Position numbers and translations under genes: made by a program. Positions 8,835 through 19,995 of a stretch of DNA of 64,000 nucleotides are shown here, in pieces. The stretch is from an uncultured Acidobacteriota bacterium. Lineage in GTDB: Bacteria > Acidobacteriota > Thermoanaerobaculia > Gp7-AA8. Where the stretch lies: positions 384,001 to 448,000 of the forward strand of contig CAWGHO010000002.1 of NCBI GenBank assembly GCA_963822445.1, written 5' to 3'. The notes beneath the pieces were generated by a model. That model did no database searches, had not been told where the DNA came from, and was given only the letters and a program-made list of their open reading frames with translations. The stretch's first letter is position 1. Each line of letters starts with the position of its first letter.

Positions 8835-10751
8835 ATGAAACGACTCCTGGTCTTCACTCTGGTCGTCCTCACCGCGTGTACCACCGCGCCTCTGCCGCCA
8901 CCCGCGGCAATCTCCATGCGCTCGGGACCGACAGCCATCCACGGCGCGGTCACCGACAACAGCGGTGCTGCGCTCCCCGGAGCAACGGTGACCGTAACCG
9001 GTCCACAAGGCACTCTGAGCGCGGTTACCGACGCGAATGGCTCGTTCGCGATCAATTCACTGGGCCCGGGGCGATACATGATCACGGCGCAATTGACGGG
9101 ATTCCAGGCCGCGAGCTACTCGGTCACCGTCGTTTCGGGCAACACCACCATCGTTCCCCTCAGTCTCGGATTCGGCTCGGTCTCGGAGACGATCACCGTT
9201 ACCGCCGACGCGCCGCTCGTCACGACGACGAGCAGCACCGCGTCGTCGGTCATCTCGACCGGGACTCCGCCGTCGCCGTCGCGACCACGTGCGCGCATCA
9301 ACACGCCGCCGCCCGCTCCCGCACCGGTGGCCGTGCCCGCACCGGCGCCAGCGGCTCTTGCCGAGCCGATTTCACCGGCGCGCCCGCAATACGCGAGCTT
9401 CGCCGATCACGGGTTCATTGACGCGGGCCAGCAGCGCGTGACCACGTTCGCCATCGACGTCGATCGCGCGTCGTACGCGAACATCCGCCGCTTCCTCACC
9501 CAGGGTCACATGCCGCCGCGCGATGCAGTGCGCATCGAAGAGATGGTGAATTACTTCACCTACGACTATCCGCAGCCGACCGGCAGCGATCCGTTCTCGA
9601 TCACCACCGAGATCGCCGGCTGCCCCTGGAATCCATCCAATCGTCTGCTGCGCGTCGGCATCCAGGGTCGCAACCTCGATCAGTGGAAGATGGCCCCGAA
9701 CAACCTCGTCTTCCTTCTCGACGTCTCCGGCTCGATGTCCCCGCCGCAGCGTTTGCCACTGCTCCAACAGGCCTTCCGCGTGCTCGTCGATCAGCTTCGC
9801 GCCGAGGATCGGGTGGCGATCGTGGTCTACGCGGGAAGTGAGGGCCTGGTGCTGCCGTCGACGTCCGGCGCGGACAAGCAGGCCATTCTCTACGCCCTCA
9901 ACTCTCTACGTTCCGGCGGTTCGACTGCCGGTGCGGCCGGAATCGAGCTCGCGTACAAAGTCGCTCAGGAGAACTTCATCAAAGGCGGGAACAACCGGGT
10001 CATTCTCGCGACGGACGGCGACTTCAACGTCGGCATTTCGAGCATTCCTGCCTTGCAGACGCTCATCGAGCAGAAGCGCGAGTCGGGTGTGTTTCTGTCG
10101 ACCATCGGCGTCGGCGACAACAACTTCCAGGACGCCGTCATGGAGACGCTGGCGGACAAGGGAAACGGCAATTACAACTACCTCGATTCGCTGTCCGAAG
10201 CGGAGAAGGTGTTCCGCCGCGAGCTGACCGGCACGCTGGTGACGATCGCCAAGGACGTGAAAGTGCAGCTCGATTTCGACCCGGCCTACGTCGCGTCGTA
10301 TCGCCAGATCGGCTATGAGAATCGCGCGCTGGCGAACGAGGACTTCGAGGACGACAAGAAGGACGCGGGCGAGCTCGGCGCCGGCCACTCCGTGACGGCG
10401 CTGTACGAAATCGTGCCCCGCGGCTCGACGAAGGGAACGGTGGGGACGATCACGCTGCGCTACAAGGAACCGCAAGGCTCGGTCAGCACTCCGGTCAGCG
10501 CGACCGTGATCGATCAGGGCAAGAGCGTGTTCGAGGCGTCGCCGGACCTGCAGTTCGCGGCCGCGGTCGCGGAGATGGGCATGCTCCTTCGCAACTCGCC
10601 GAACAAAGGCACGTCGTCATGGGAAGAGGTCGCGCATCTGGCCAACCTCTCGCGCGGCGCGGACCTCGACGGAATGCGCGGTGAGTTCGCGACGCTGGTG
10701 AAGTCCGCGCAACTGAAGACGTCCGGCGATCAGATGGCGATTGGAAAGTGA
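8835..10751 (+). CDS. vWA domain lipoprotein (YfbK type) with N-terminal carboxypeptidase-regulatory-like domain
   Basis: Lipobox LTAC; GAVTDNSGAALPGATVTV; Pro-rich linker; same YfbK motifs as the upstream paralog; RBS GGAGG. Confidence 0.92.
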   Translation: MKRLLVFTLVVLTACTTAPLPPPAAISMRSGPTAIHGAVTDNSGAALPGATVTVTGPQGTLSAVTDANGSFAINSLGPGRYMITAQLTGFQAASYSVTVVSGNTTIVPLSLGFGSVSETITVTADAPLVTTTSSTASSVISTGTPPSPSRPRARINTPPPAPAPVAVPAPAPAALAEPISPARPQYASFADHGFIDAGQQRVTTFAIDVDRASYANIRRFLTQGHMPPRDAVRIEEMVNYFTYDYPQPTGSDPFSITTEIAGCPWNPSNRLLRVGIQGRNLDQWKMAPNNLVFLLDVSGSMSPPQRLPLLQQAFRVLVDQLRAEDRVAIVVYAGSEGLVLPSTSGADKQAILYALNSLRSGGSTAGAAGIELAYKVAQENFIKGGNNRVILATDGDFNVGISSIPALQTLIEQKRESGVFLSTIGVGDNNFQDAVMETLADKGNGNYNYLDSLSEAEKVFRRELTGTLVTIAKDVKVQLDFDPAYVASYRQIGYENRALANEDFEDDKKDAGELGAGHSVTALYEIVPRGSTKGTVGTITLRYKEPQGSVSTPVSATVIDQGKSVFEASPDLQFAAAVAEMGMLLRNSPNKGTSSWEEVAHLANLSRGADLDGMRGEFATLVKSAQLKTSGDQMAIGK

Positions 10752-10761
10752 GTTTGAGGAA

Positions 10762-10783
10762 AGGGCGGGCAGTTGCCCGCCCT
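10762..10783. terminator. Hairpin between convergent genes (possible bidirectional terminator)
   Basis: AGGGCGGGCA-GT-TGCCCGCCCT perfect inverted repeat. Confidence 0.6.
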
Positions 10784-11537
10784 ACTTGATCGCCAGCAAC
10801 TCGATGTCGAATACCAGCATGCCCTGGGGCTTCCTCGGGTCCGACGCGTAGGCGAGCTTCGCCGGAATCCAGAACCGCCGCTTCTCGCCGACGACCATCA
10901 GCTGCAGCCCTTCCGTCCAGCCCTTGATCACCTGGTCGAGGCGGAACTCGGAAGGAGTACCGCGGGCAACGGAGCTGTCGATCATCCTTCCGTCGGTGGT
11001 CCAGCCGCTGTAGTGAACGGAGACCGTGCTTCGCGCTTTCGGACGCTCAGTGCCCGTGCCCGGACGAAGGACCTTTGACGCCAGTCCGGATGGAGTCGCC
11101 GTCGCATCAGCAGGCGCCGCGGCGAGGTCGGCAGGCGTTTCCGGCGGCGAGATGATCTCGAGCAGCTCGGTGTCGAAGACCAGGCCCAGGTCGACCTTGC
11201 CGCCGGTGAGCGCGGGCGGAACCCAGATGCGGCGACGCTCGCCGGCGACCATCTGCTGCACGGCGATGCGCCAGCCCGGAACGAGCTTCGTCACGGCGAT
11301 CGTCGCCGAGCGCGGGGCGGGCACGTGCTGCACCAGACTGCCGTCCGACTTCCACACCGTATAGCGAACCTTGACCAGATCGCCTTCCTTCGGGTTCGAG
11401 GTCCCGGTCCCTTCCGCGAGCCGCTTTGAGGCAAGCCCGTCCTCGCTCCGCACCGCATCGGCGGGCGGCGTGGTCAGGTCGGGCGGCGGGGTGGGCGGGT
11501 CGGTGGAAAGGGCGAGGAGCAGGAGAAAGAAGGTCAT
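10782..11537 (-). CDS. Two-domain FKBP-type peptidyl-prolyl cis-trans isomerase
   Basis: Two FKBP domains: VHYSGWTTDG..DSS, VIKGWTEGLQLM, GEKRRFWIP, LVFDIELL. Confidence 0.93.
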   Translation of the reverse strand: MTFFLLLLALSTDPPTPPPDLTTPPADAVRSEDGLASKRLAEGTGTSNPKEGDLVKVRYTVWKSDGSLVQHVPAPRSATIAVTKLVPGWRIAVQQMVAGERRRIWVPPALTGGKVDLGLVFDTELLEIISPPETPADLAAAPADATATPSGLASKVLRPGTGTERPKARSTVSVHYSGWTTDGRMIDSSVARGTPSEFRLDQVIKGWTEGLQLMVVGEKRRFWIPAKLAYASDPRKPQGMLVFDIELLAIK

Positions 11538-11553
11538 CGCCGCGGGATTCTAA

Positions 11554-11664
11554 TCAATCCCGCGGGATGTGAAACGGCACCTCGTCATCGCTGGGCGGCG
11601 AAGCGAGCTCGCGCTCTTCTTCGGTCTTCTCTTCTTCGATGCGGTACGTGCGAATGTCTTCCAT
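11554..11664 (-). CDS. Putative 36-aa acidic small protein downstream of aceA
   Basis: GGAG RBS 5 nt before ATG; MEDIRTYRIEEEKTEEERELASPPSDDEVPFHIPRD*; starts 8 nt after the aceA stop; GC-rich third codon positions. Confidence 0.5.
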   Translation of the reverse strand: MEDIRTYRIEEEKTEEERELASPPSDDEVPFHIPRD

Positions 11665-11672
11665 CTGTTCTC

Positions 11673-12949
<1,277 letters not shown>

Positions 12950-12953
<4 letters not shown>

Positions 12954-14527
12954 GCTTGCTCCTGTCGCAACAGTTCTTGGTATGCGGGAATCGTCAGAAA
13001 GTCCGCGAGGTCGTCCGCGAGGATCAGCTCGTCGAAAATCTTTGATGCAGTCGTGATGTGTGGTCGCTCGCCGATGCTCGCCAGCTCTTCGTCGCGCAGC
13101 GTTTCGTAGAGCGCCGCGTCGATGGCACGGCCGTCATCGAGATGCGCGCCGTGATGAATCCACTGCCAGATCTGCGTGCGCGAGATCTCGGCCGTGGCCG
13201 CGTCTTCCATCAGGTTGTAGAGCGGCACCGCGCCGCTGCCGCCGAGCCAGGCCTCGAGGTAGAGCAGGCCGACGTTGATGTTCTGGCGCAGACCTTTCTC
13301 GGTGATCGGCCCTTCGTGGCGGCGGAGAAGATCGTCGGGTTTCACGCGGACGTCTTCGCGCTTGCGGTCGATCTGATTCGGTTGCGGCATGTGCTCGTCG
13401 AACACGCGCTTCGCGGTCTCGACATGGCCCGGATGCGCGACCCAGGTTCCGTCGTGGCCGGCCTTCACCTCGCGCAGCTTGTCCGCCGCGACTTTCGCCG
13501 TCGCCGCGTCATTCGCGTCCGCGTCGCCCTTGATCGGGATCTGCGCGGCCATGCCGCCCATCGCGTGAATGCCGCGGCGATGGCAGGTCTGAATGAGCAG
13601 ATCGACGTACGCGGCGAGGAAGGCCCTGTCCATCGTCACCAGCGCGCGGTCCGGCAGTTGCCAGTCGCGCGAACGGAACTTCTTGATGAACGAGAAGATG
13701 TAATCCCAGCGGCCACAGTTGAGTCCCGAGGAGTGGCTGCGCAGCTCCCAGAGGATCTCGTGCATCTCGAACGCGGCCAGGATCGTCTCAATGAGCACCG
13801 TGGCGCGGATCGTTCCGACCGGAATGCCGAGCTCCTGTTGCGCGCGGATGAAGACGTCGTTCCAGAGCCGCGCCTCGAGGTGCGACTCCATCTTCGGCAG
13901 GTAAAAGTACGGGCCGCTGCCGCGCGCGATCAGCTCCTTCGCGTTGTGGAAGAAGTAGAGCGCGAAGTCGAAGATGCTCGCGCTGACCGGCTGGCCGTCG
14001 ACGTGGACGTGTTCCTCGAGCAGATGCCAGCCACGCGGTCGAACGACCAGCGTCGCTGTCGTTTCATTGAGCTTGTATTGCTTCGCGCCGGTATCGAGGC
14101 TGATGGTGCGGCGCACTGCGTCGAAGAGATTGAGCTGACCTTCAACGCAGTTTTCCCACGTCGGTGAGTTCGCGTCCTCGAAGTCGGCCATGAAGACGTT
14201 CGCGCCGGAGTTGAGAGCGTTGATGATCATCTTCCGGTCGACGGGACCGGTGATCTCGACGCGGCGGTCGAGGAGATCGGGCGGAATCGGCGCGACGGTC
14301 CAGTCGCTCTCGCGGATCTCGCGCGTCTCCGCCAGGAAATCAGGGAGCTCGCCGGCGTCGAGGCGCTTCTTGCGCTCTTCGCGCGCGGCCAGCAGTTCCT
14401 CGCGGCGCGGATTGAATTCTTTGTGCAGCAAGGCGACGAACCCGAGGGCTTCGTCGGAGAGGATCGGGTCCCACTCCGGCTGCAGCTCGCGGCGCACCTC
14501 GATGTCGGTCGTGATCGTTGACGTCAT
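12950..14527 (-). CDS. aceB: Malate synthase A
   Basis: [44 protein letters not shown]; 4-nt overlap with aceA. Confidence 0.97.
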
Positions 14528-14529
14528 CG

Positions 14530-14640
14530 TGTAAAATAATGAGCACGCGCCCTGCCAAGGTCAATAAGACACACCTTGTCTGTCAGTTACAGTGTCAAAG
14601 GTTGTAAAGCGAGATGAGTAAAGCTGTAAACAGCTGTGAA
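14530..14640. promoter_or_regulatory. aceBA/ramB divergent promoter region with repeated TGT(A/C/G)AA boxes
   Basis: Minus-strand TTGACC (14559-14564), 17 bp, CATTAT (14536-14541); TGTAAA-like boxes at 14530, 14593, 14603, 14625, 14635. Confidence 0.55.
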
Positions 14641-14665
14641 TTCAGCCGCTGAGGAGTGCAATGTC

Positions 14666-16138
14666 ATGAGTGCACAATCCAAACTCGGGGCCAAGGTTCG
14701 CTCCATGCGCCGCCGGGAGCAGCTTTCCCAGGTTCAATTGGCCGAGCGGCTGGAGATCTCGCCGAGCTATCTCAATCTCATCGAGCACAATCAGCGGCCG
14801 CTTCCCGCGCACCTGCTCGTCCGCCTCGCCCAGATCTTTCACGTCGAGCTGCAGGCGTTCGCGGATGACAGTCAGGTGCGCCTCGCCGACTCGCTGCAGG
14901 AAGTCTTCGCCGATCCATTGCTCGAGGAGCACGGCGTGACGACGAACGAGGTCCGGGAGATCGCCGAATCGCCCGCGGCGGCGCGCGCGGTCATCGCCCT
15001 GTTCGACGCGTACAAGAGCTCCGTCTCCTCGATGCGCGACCTGGCTTCGCAGGTTTACGACGGCGGCACGTTTCACGGCGTCGATCCGGCGCATCTGCCG
15101 TCCGAGGAGGCTTCGGATGTGATCCAGGAAAACGTGAATTACTTTCCCGAGCTCGAGGCGGCCGCCGTCGATCTGGCGCAGCGCACGTCGCTCGATCGCT
15201 CGGACATGTACCGCTGCCTCACCAGCTACCTGCGCGAGAAGCATCGCGTCGAAGTGATCCTCACGCCGGTGAGCCGCGACCGGGGGCTGATCCGCCGGTA
15301 CGACCCGGAGATGCGGACGCTTTCACTGTCGGAAGTCCTGCCGCCCTGGTCGCGCCAGTTTCAGGTCGCCCATCAGCTTGGACTGATCGAAGCGGCGCCG
15401 GTCATCGATTCGATCATCGCCCGCTCGCAAAAGAACCTGACCACGCCCGAGTCGGTGAAGTTGTGCCGCGTCGCGCTCGCGAATTACTTCGCCGGCGCGC
15501 TGCTGATGCCGTACGACGACTTTTACCGGCTGGCCGAGGATGTCCGTTACGACATCGAGCTGCTGCAGCATCACTACACCGCGAGCTGGGAGCAGGTCTG
15601 CCATCGCCTGACCACGTTGCGCAAGCCCGGCGCGACCGGCGTCGCGTTTCACTTCGTCCGCGTCGACATCGCCGGCAACATCTCCAAGCGTTTCTCCGGC
15701 ACGGGCATCCGCTTCGCGCGCTTCTCCGGATCCTGTCCGCGTTGGGATGTGCATGCCGCGTTTCTTACGCCGGGGCGCATCCGCACGCAGTTCTCGCAGA
15801 TGCCCGACGGCACAGCCTACTTCTGCATCGCCCGCACGATCCGCAAGAGTTACGGCTACGCATCGGGCGACGCGTTGATGGCCGTGGGCATCGGCTGCCC
15901 GGTCCGCGACGCGCGCAAGCTTGTTTACGCGGATGGCTACGATCTCGCCAATCTCGAAGCGGCCGTGCCGATCGGAACGACCTGCCGTTTGTGCGAGCGT
16001 CTCGATTGCGAGCAGCGCGCGTTTCCGCCGATGCAGCATGGATTGAAGGTCGACGAGAACGTGCGCGGGCGATCGTTTTACGCGCCGGTGATCGAATCGC
16101 CGCGCGTCGCGGAGACGAAGGTGAAGCGCAAACGCTGA
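14666..16138 (+). CDS. ramB: XRE-family short-chain fatty acyl-CoA regulator (ScfR/RamB type)
   Basis: N-terminal HTH (LEISPSYLNLIEHNQRP); ANYFAGALLMPY, VCHRLTTL, RVDIAGNISKRFS, CRLCERLDCEQRAFP; divergent from aceBA. Confidence 0.88.
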   Translation: MSAQSKLGAKVRSMRRREQLSQVQLAERLEISPSYLNLIEHNQRPLPAHLLVRLAQIFHVELQAFADDSQVRLADSLQEVFADPLLEEHGVTTNEVREIAESPAAARAVIALFDAYKSSVSSMRDLASQVYDGGTFHGVDPAHLPSEEASDVIQENVNYFPELEAAAVDLAQRTSLDRSDMYRCLTSYLREKHRVEVILTPVSRDRGLIRRYDPEMRTLSLSEVLPPWSRQFQVAHQLGLIEAAPVIDSIIARSQKNLTTPESVKLCRVALANYFAGALLMPYDDFYRLAEDVRYDIELLQHHYTASWEQVCHRLTTLRKPGATGVAFHFVRVDIAGNISKRFSGTGIRFARFSGSCPRWDVHAAFLTPGRIRTQFSQMPDGTAYFCIARTIRKSYGYASGDALMAVGIGCPVRDARKLVYADGYDLANLEAAVPIGTTCRLCERLDCEQRAFPPMQHGLKVDENVRGRSFYAPVIESPRVAETKVKRKR

Positions 16139-16198
16139 TGTAGTCATCCCGGAACCTTTCGCAGATCGCTCCGTCCCACTCAGCGAAAGGAATCCCCC

Positions 16199-17419
16199 AT
16201 GCCCCGGACCCTGATCCTCGCCGGTTCCCTCGCCCTTCTCCTCTCCCCTTCTTCGCTTTTCGCTCAGACCATCGACTCATTCGTCGGGATTCGTCTTCGT
16301 CTGGACAACGCCGGTGCGCGCGGTGCCGCGATGGGCGGTACGTCGGAAGCGCTCACCGACGTCTTCGCCGCCGCGACGAATCCCGCGGCGCTCGCGAAAC
16401 AGAAGCATCGCTCGGCAGCGATCGAAGTGCGACACACCTCTTCGTCCACGGACTTCATCAGCGGTGGCGTCCTGTTCGATCGCCACGAAACGGCGGACGT
16501 GACTTCGACGCGTAACGCGATCGGCGCGGCGATGGTCGTTCTGCCGGCGCGTCGCGTGACCTTCGCGCTTCATTACGACGAGCCCCTCTTCGCGAGAATG
16601 AATCCGGGCGCGCTCAGTCAGCAGGCCCTCCTGCCCTTCGGTCTCGATATCAGCGACGGTCTCGTCCCGCCATGGCAGTGCACGGACGATTGCTCGCTGG
16701 TCTATCTTCGCGCTCCGATCGCGCCGACGCTCGACATGAGCACGTCAATCCGGCGCGCGGGCGCCGCGGCCGGCTGGAGCCACGGCAATGTCTCCCTCGG
16801 CGCGGCCCTTCAATACACGCAGGTGGAGCGATCGATTGCTCTGCCGTATCCAGAATCTCCCTTCGTCACGCCGGTCGGCACCGCGGACGGCGGGAAACTC
16901 GCCTGGAGCACCGGCGTGCAATGGCAGATCGTTCCGGCGCTTCGTGCCGGCGCCTCGTACCGAAGCGGCGCAACATACGAAGAGCAGTACTCGGTGAACT
17001 TCGCCGTGCCGTCTTCCTACGGCGCGGGACTGGCCGCAGATCTCGGACCGAACGTCACGATCTCCGCGGATGCCGTTCGCGTCCACTACAGCGAGTCCCT
17101 CGGATTCAGCCCGGAGTTTCCGGCGACCGTCGACTATCGCTTCCCAGACGTGACCGAGTTGCACGCGGGCGCCGAATGGCGCTCATCGACGCGCGTTCCC
17201 GTCGCGCTTCGGGCCGGCTGGTGGCGCGACCCGGCGCATCGCCTCCGCGCGTTCGGCGAGCCGGTGCAGGCAGGGGTGTTCAACCTGGGATTGCTCGACG
17301 CCGATGAGAATCACGTCACCGCGGGCATCGGCATCGGCGATCGCGTCCGGTTCGACGCGGCGATCGATCGCAGCGAGAACACCACGCGCGGATCGCTGAG
17401 CCTGGCGACGAATTTCTAA
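16199..17419 (+). CDS. Outer-membrane beta-barrel, FadL/OmpP1-like
   Basis: Signal peptide; GARGAAMGG...NPAAL hatch motif; amphipathic strands; C-terminal Phe. Confidence 0.7.
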   Translation: MPRTLILAGSLALLLSPSSLFAQTIDSFVGIRLRLDNAGARGAAMGGTSEALTDVFAAATNPAALAKQKHRSAAIEVRHTSSSTDFISGGVLFDRHETADVTSTRNAIGAAMVVLPARRVTFALHYDEPLFARMNPGALSQQALLPFGLDISDGLVPPWQCTDDCSLVYLRAPIAPTLDMSTSIRRAGAAAGWSHGNVSLGAALQYTQVERSIALPYPESPFVTPVGTADGGKLAWSTGVQWQIVPALRAGASYRSGATYEEQYSVNFAVPSSYGAGLAADLGPNVTISADAVRVHYSESLGFSPEFPATVDYRFPDVTELHAGAEWRSSTRVPVALRAGWWRDPAHRLRAFGEPVQAGVFNLGLLDADENHVTAGIGIGDRVRFDAAIDRSENTTRGSLSLATNF

Positions 17420-17649
17420 GTGCCGAACCGATACTGCAAGGCCCGGCGGATCTCATCGAGCTCCTGGGATTCGCCGGCGCCGAGCGGTTTGGAAACCTCG
17501 ATCGGTTTGAGCTCGGGATCGCTGAACGAGATCACGCAGTAATCAGCACCCAGGGGCTCAACGACGTCCGCGATCTCGCTTCCATCGCGTCCGATCTCCG
17601 TCATCGCCTCGCGGGCCATGCGGCGAATCCGGTCTTCGAAGTCGGTCAT
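17416..17649 (-). CDS. Small hypothetical protein (77 aa)
   Basis: ATG at 17649 just after the upstream membrane-protein gene; MTDFEDRIRRMAREAM...; typical codon usage. Confidence 0.6.
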   Translation of the reverse strand: MTDFEDRIRRMAREAMTEIGRDGSEIADVVEPLGADYCVISFSDPELKPIEVSKPLGAGESQELDEIRRALQYRFGT

Positions 17650-17669
17650 GAAGACCGGAGAAACAAGAA

Positions 17670-18449
17670 TCAGGCCCAGAGCACCGCGGCACCCAGTGCC
17701 GCGACGATCGCCCCGATCGCGGCGAGCACCACGAGATGCGCGCGCTTCATCCGATTGAGGACCGGCATGAACAGCGCGCGAATCGGCGCGAAGAGCAACG
17801 CGAACAGCCCCGCCATCAGAATCCACCACCCGCCCGCGGCCATGCTCACCACACCGATCGTCATCCGGATCCGCTCGGCGCGATCAACGGGCTCGGGGAG
17901 TCCAAGTTCTTCCAACCCCTGCTCCGACGCAAACATCCCGGGAACGGCGACGCCGACGATCAATGCCGCCGCAACGAAGCCGATCAACGCGAGGACGATC
18001 GGCGGCAGGACCAGCCATGCCCTGGGACCGAGCGGCTCGCCCCGCTCGCGCAGCAAAGCGACGCAGGCGCGGCTCAGAACGAAGGCGAGAGGAAGGAGAA
18101 GAACGCCTCCGATCGGGAACGTGAACACCATCAGCGCGGTCACCGCGAACGACAGATACGCGAGCCGCCAGTCCTCGGGACCGGTCATCAACCGGCCCAT
18201 CACGCGACGCCAGGCCGGCAGTTCCTCATCGGGAAGCCAGCGTTCCGGCGGTCCAAGCTGTTCGAGCACCGTATGAAGGGCGTCCGGACCGACCGGCCCC
18301 GGCACTCCCGCCAGCGCGAACTCGACGTGCTCGATCACGTTCTGCTCGACCTCGGTCGCCTCGATCGCGCGCGTCCCGCGCAACGCGCTCCGTGTCCGCT
18401 GCAGGTAATCGTCGAATCGCCGTCTCGCGTCGGGGGTCAGTTCGATCAT
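17670..18449 (-). CDS. PadR-associated membrane protein (HAAS/DUF1700-like N-terminus)
   Basis: DYL..T...L...EVEQNVIEHV...LEQLGPPE followed by several TM helices; overlaps the padR stop. Confidence 0.8.
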   Translation of the reverse strand: MIELTPDARRRFDDYLQRTRSALRGTRAIEATEVEQNVIEHVEFALAGVPGPVGPDALHTVLEQLGPPERWLPDEELPAWRRVMGRLMTGPEDWRLAYLSFAVTALMVFTFPIGGVLLLPLAFVLSRACVALLRERGEPLGPRAWLVLPPIVLALIGFVAAALIVGVAVPGMFASEQGLEELGLPEPVDRAERIRMTIGVVSMAAGGWWILMAGLFALLFAPIRALFMPVLNRMKRAHLVVLAAIGAIVAALGAAVLWA

Positions 18450-18790
18450 CGCTTGGTCTCCTTCAGCTCGCCGATTGCTTCGTGCAGCCGCTGCCAGTGC
18501 TGGTTCATCCGCTTCAACTCTTCGCGGCCACCAGGGGTGAGCCGGTAGTACTTACGTGGCGGACCTTCCGAGGATTCTTCGATGTAGCTCTCCACGTAAG
18601 CCTCGTTCCGGAGGCGGCTGAGGATCGGGTAGACCGTTCCCTCGGTGATGACCAGGCTGTCGACGCCGCCGAGGCGGCGCACGATCTCGTAACCGTAGAG
18701 CGGGCCGGAGCCGAGAACATTGAGGATGGCCAGCTCGAGAAGTCCCTTGCGCAGTTGCGTCGTCCAGTTCACGTAAAAGCTCTCCGTCAT
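18446..18790 (-). CDS. PadR family transcriptional regulator
   Basis: QLRKGLLELAIL, YGYEI, EGTVYPILSRL, GPPRKYYRLT. Confidence 0.95.
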   Translation of the reverse strand: MTESFYVNWTTQLRKGLLELAILNVLGSGPLYGYEIVRRLGGVDSLVITEGTVYPILSRLRNEAYVESYIEESSEGPPRKYYRLTPGGREELKRMNQHWQRLHEAIGELKETKR

Positions 18791-18801
18791 CCCTGCAATG
18801 C

Positions 18802-18839
18802 AATATAGGGCGTCACCAGCTACCTGTCAATGCTATGTA
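18802..18839 (-). promoter_or_regulatory. Sigma70 promoter of padR with overlapping palindrome (candidate operator)
   Basis: TTGACA (18825-18830), 17 bp, TATATT (18802-18807); imperfect palindrome TACCT-N9-ATGTA (18821-18839) covers the -35. Confidence 0.65.
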
Positions 18840-18844
18840 GCCAG

Positions 18845-18880
18845 AAAAAGAAGAAGGCCCGCAACTGGCGGGCCTTCTTC
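18845..18880 (-). terminator. Rho-independent terminator
   Basis: GAAGAAGGCCCGC/GCGGGCCTTCTTC stem followed by a T-run on the minus strand, just after the stop at 18887. Confidence 0.8.
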
Positions 18881-18886
18881 GAGACG

Positions 18887-19699
18887 TTACGGTTGCGGTT
18901 TCGCCAGCGACCGGACACCGGTCCAGGCGTCGCCGGTGAACGTATCCACCGAGCTGGTGTAGGCCACCCACGGCGTCGGCTCCTCGCCGCTCTTCGCCCA
19001 GTCCGGATAGATCCTGATCTCGCGAGCCTGGTTGCCTTCGCCGGGGATGCGGATGCTGCGCATCGACTGGGGGGGCACTTCAACTGCGAGCGGCGCGAGG
19101 CTCGGGAACTCGACGAAGAAGGTCACGGTGCGCTCCTGGTCCATGTTGGTGATGCCGACGTTGGTGTAGATGTTCGCGTCATGGCTGATGCCGTGAAAGA
19201 TGGCTTCACGCGCGTGATACTCGGTCGACGCGGTGGCCTGAATCTCCTGCCGCGAGCTACCGAGGCTGCCGAAGCGCCCGCGGTCGCCGACGACGTAGGC
19301 GATGGCCTCGATCCGGCCCTCCGGATCGGGCTCGAACAGCGGCAGCCCGCGCTCATTCTTCTGGCCCGTAGGTTTCGCTGCCCAGAGACGCATCGAACGG
19401 ATGAACGTGCCGTGTGTGTTCGGGATGAAACCCTGCCTGTAGAAATGAGTGCCGCGTGCATCGAGGGCGGCCAGTCCGTCGTAGGGAAAGAACCCACCCG
19501 GTTGCTCGGGGCCGCCGATGTATTCGATGACCACCTGCTGGGGAACATCACGATGGTTCCGTAGAACCAGTTCCGTCCTGTAGGTGACATTCGGCAGGAA
19601 GACGTTCCCGACGATGGGAAGGGTGATGTCGTGTCCGATGTCGGCGGCGGCGGGCAGAGCGAGTGCGAGCAGCAGCGATACCACGGCAATTCGTTTCAA
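18887..19699 (-). CDS. Secreted hypothetical protein, paralog of 1671-2489
   Basis: GAGGAG RBS then TTG; signal peptide; ITLPIVG...YRTELVLRN, NVGITN, WVAYTSSVDTFTGDAW. Confidence 0.78.
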   Translation of the reverse strand: MKRIAVVSLLLALALPAAADIGHDITLPIVGNVFLPNVTYRTELVLRNHRDVPQQVVIEYIGGPEQPGGFFPYDGLAALDARGTHFYRQGFIPNTHGTFIRSMRLWAAKPTGQKNERGLPLFEPDPEGRIEAIAYVVGDRGRFGSLGSSRQEIQATASTEYHAREAIFHGISHDANIYTNVGITNMDQERTVTFFVEFPSLAPLAVEVPPQSMRSIRIPGEGNQAREIRIYPDWAKSGEEPTPWVAYTSSVDTFTGDAWTGVRSLAKPQP

Positions 19700-19739
19700 T
19701 GGTTCTCCTCCTCGGATGGTGGTTGTTTGCGACCCGCGC

Positions 19740-19773
19740 AAAAAGAAAAAGGCCGGCGGTCAGCCGGCCTTTT
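19740..19773 (-). terminator. Rho-independent terminator (possibly bidirectional)
   Basis: AAAAGGCCGGC-GGTCA-GCCGGCCTTTT with flanking A/T runs. Confidence 0.75.
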
Positions 19774-19809
19774 CACTGCGTCGTTTCGCGAGGCGCATAT
19801 GGTACTGAA

Positions 19810-19990
19810 TCAGGGTCGGAATTTCGAGCCCGGCGGTACGCGAACGCCTGAGAAGGCGTCACCGGTGTAGCCGTCACTCGCTCGCCGGGAGCCCTCGACT
19901 TCCTGCCGCGAGCTGCCGTCGAAGCCGAACCGTCCCCGCAGCTTGACGATCGTCGCGCTGATCTCGAGGCGGCCGTGAGGATCCTCGGTC
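19810..19990 (-). pseudogene. Internally deleted, 5'-truncated remnant of a paralog of 18887-19699
   Basis: EDPHGRLEISATIVKLRGRFGFDGSSRQEVEG aligns with PDPEGRIEAIAYVVGDRGRFGSLGSSRQEIQA, then jumps to SDGYTGDAFSGVR, matching VDTFTGDAWTGVR; no credible start. Confidence 0.75.
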
Positions 19991-19995
19991 CGCGC

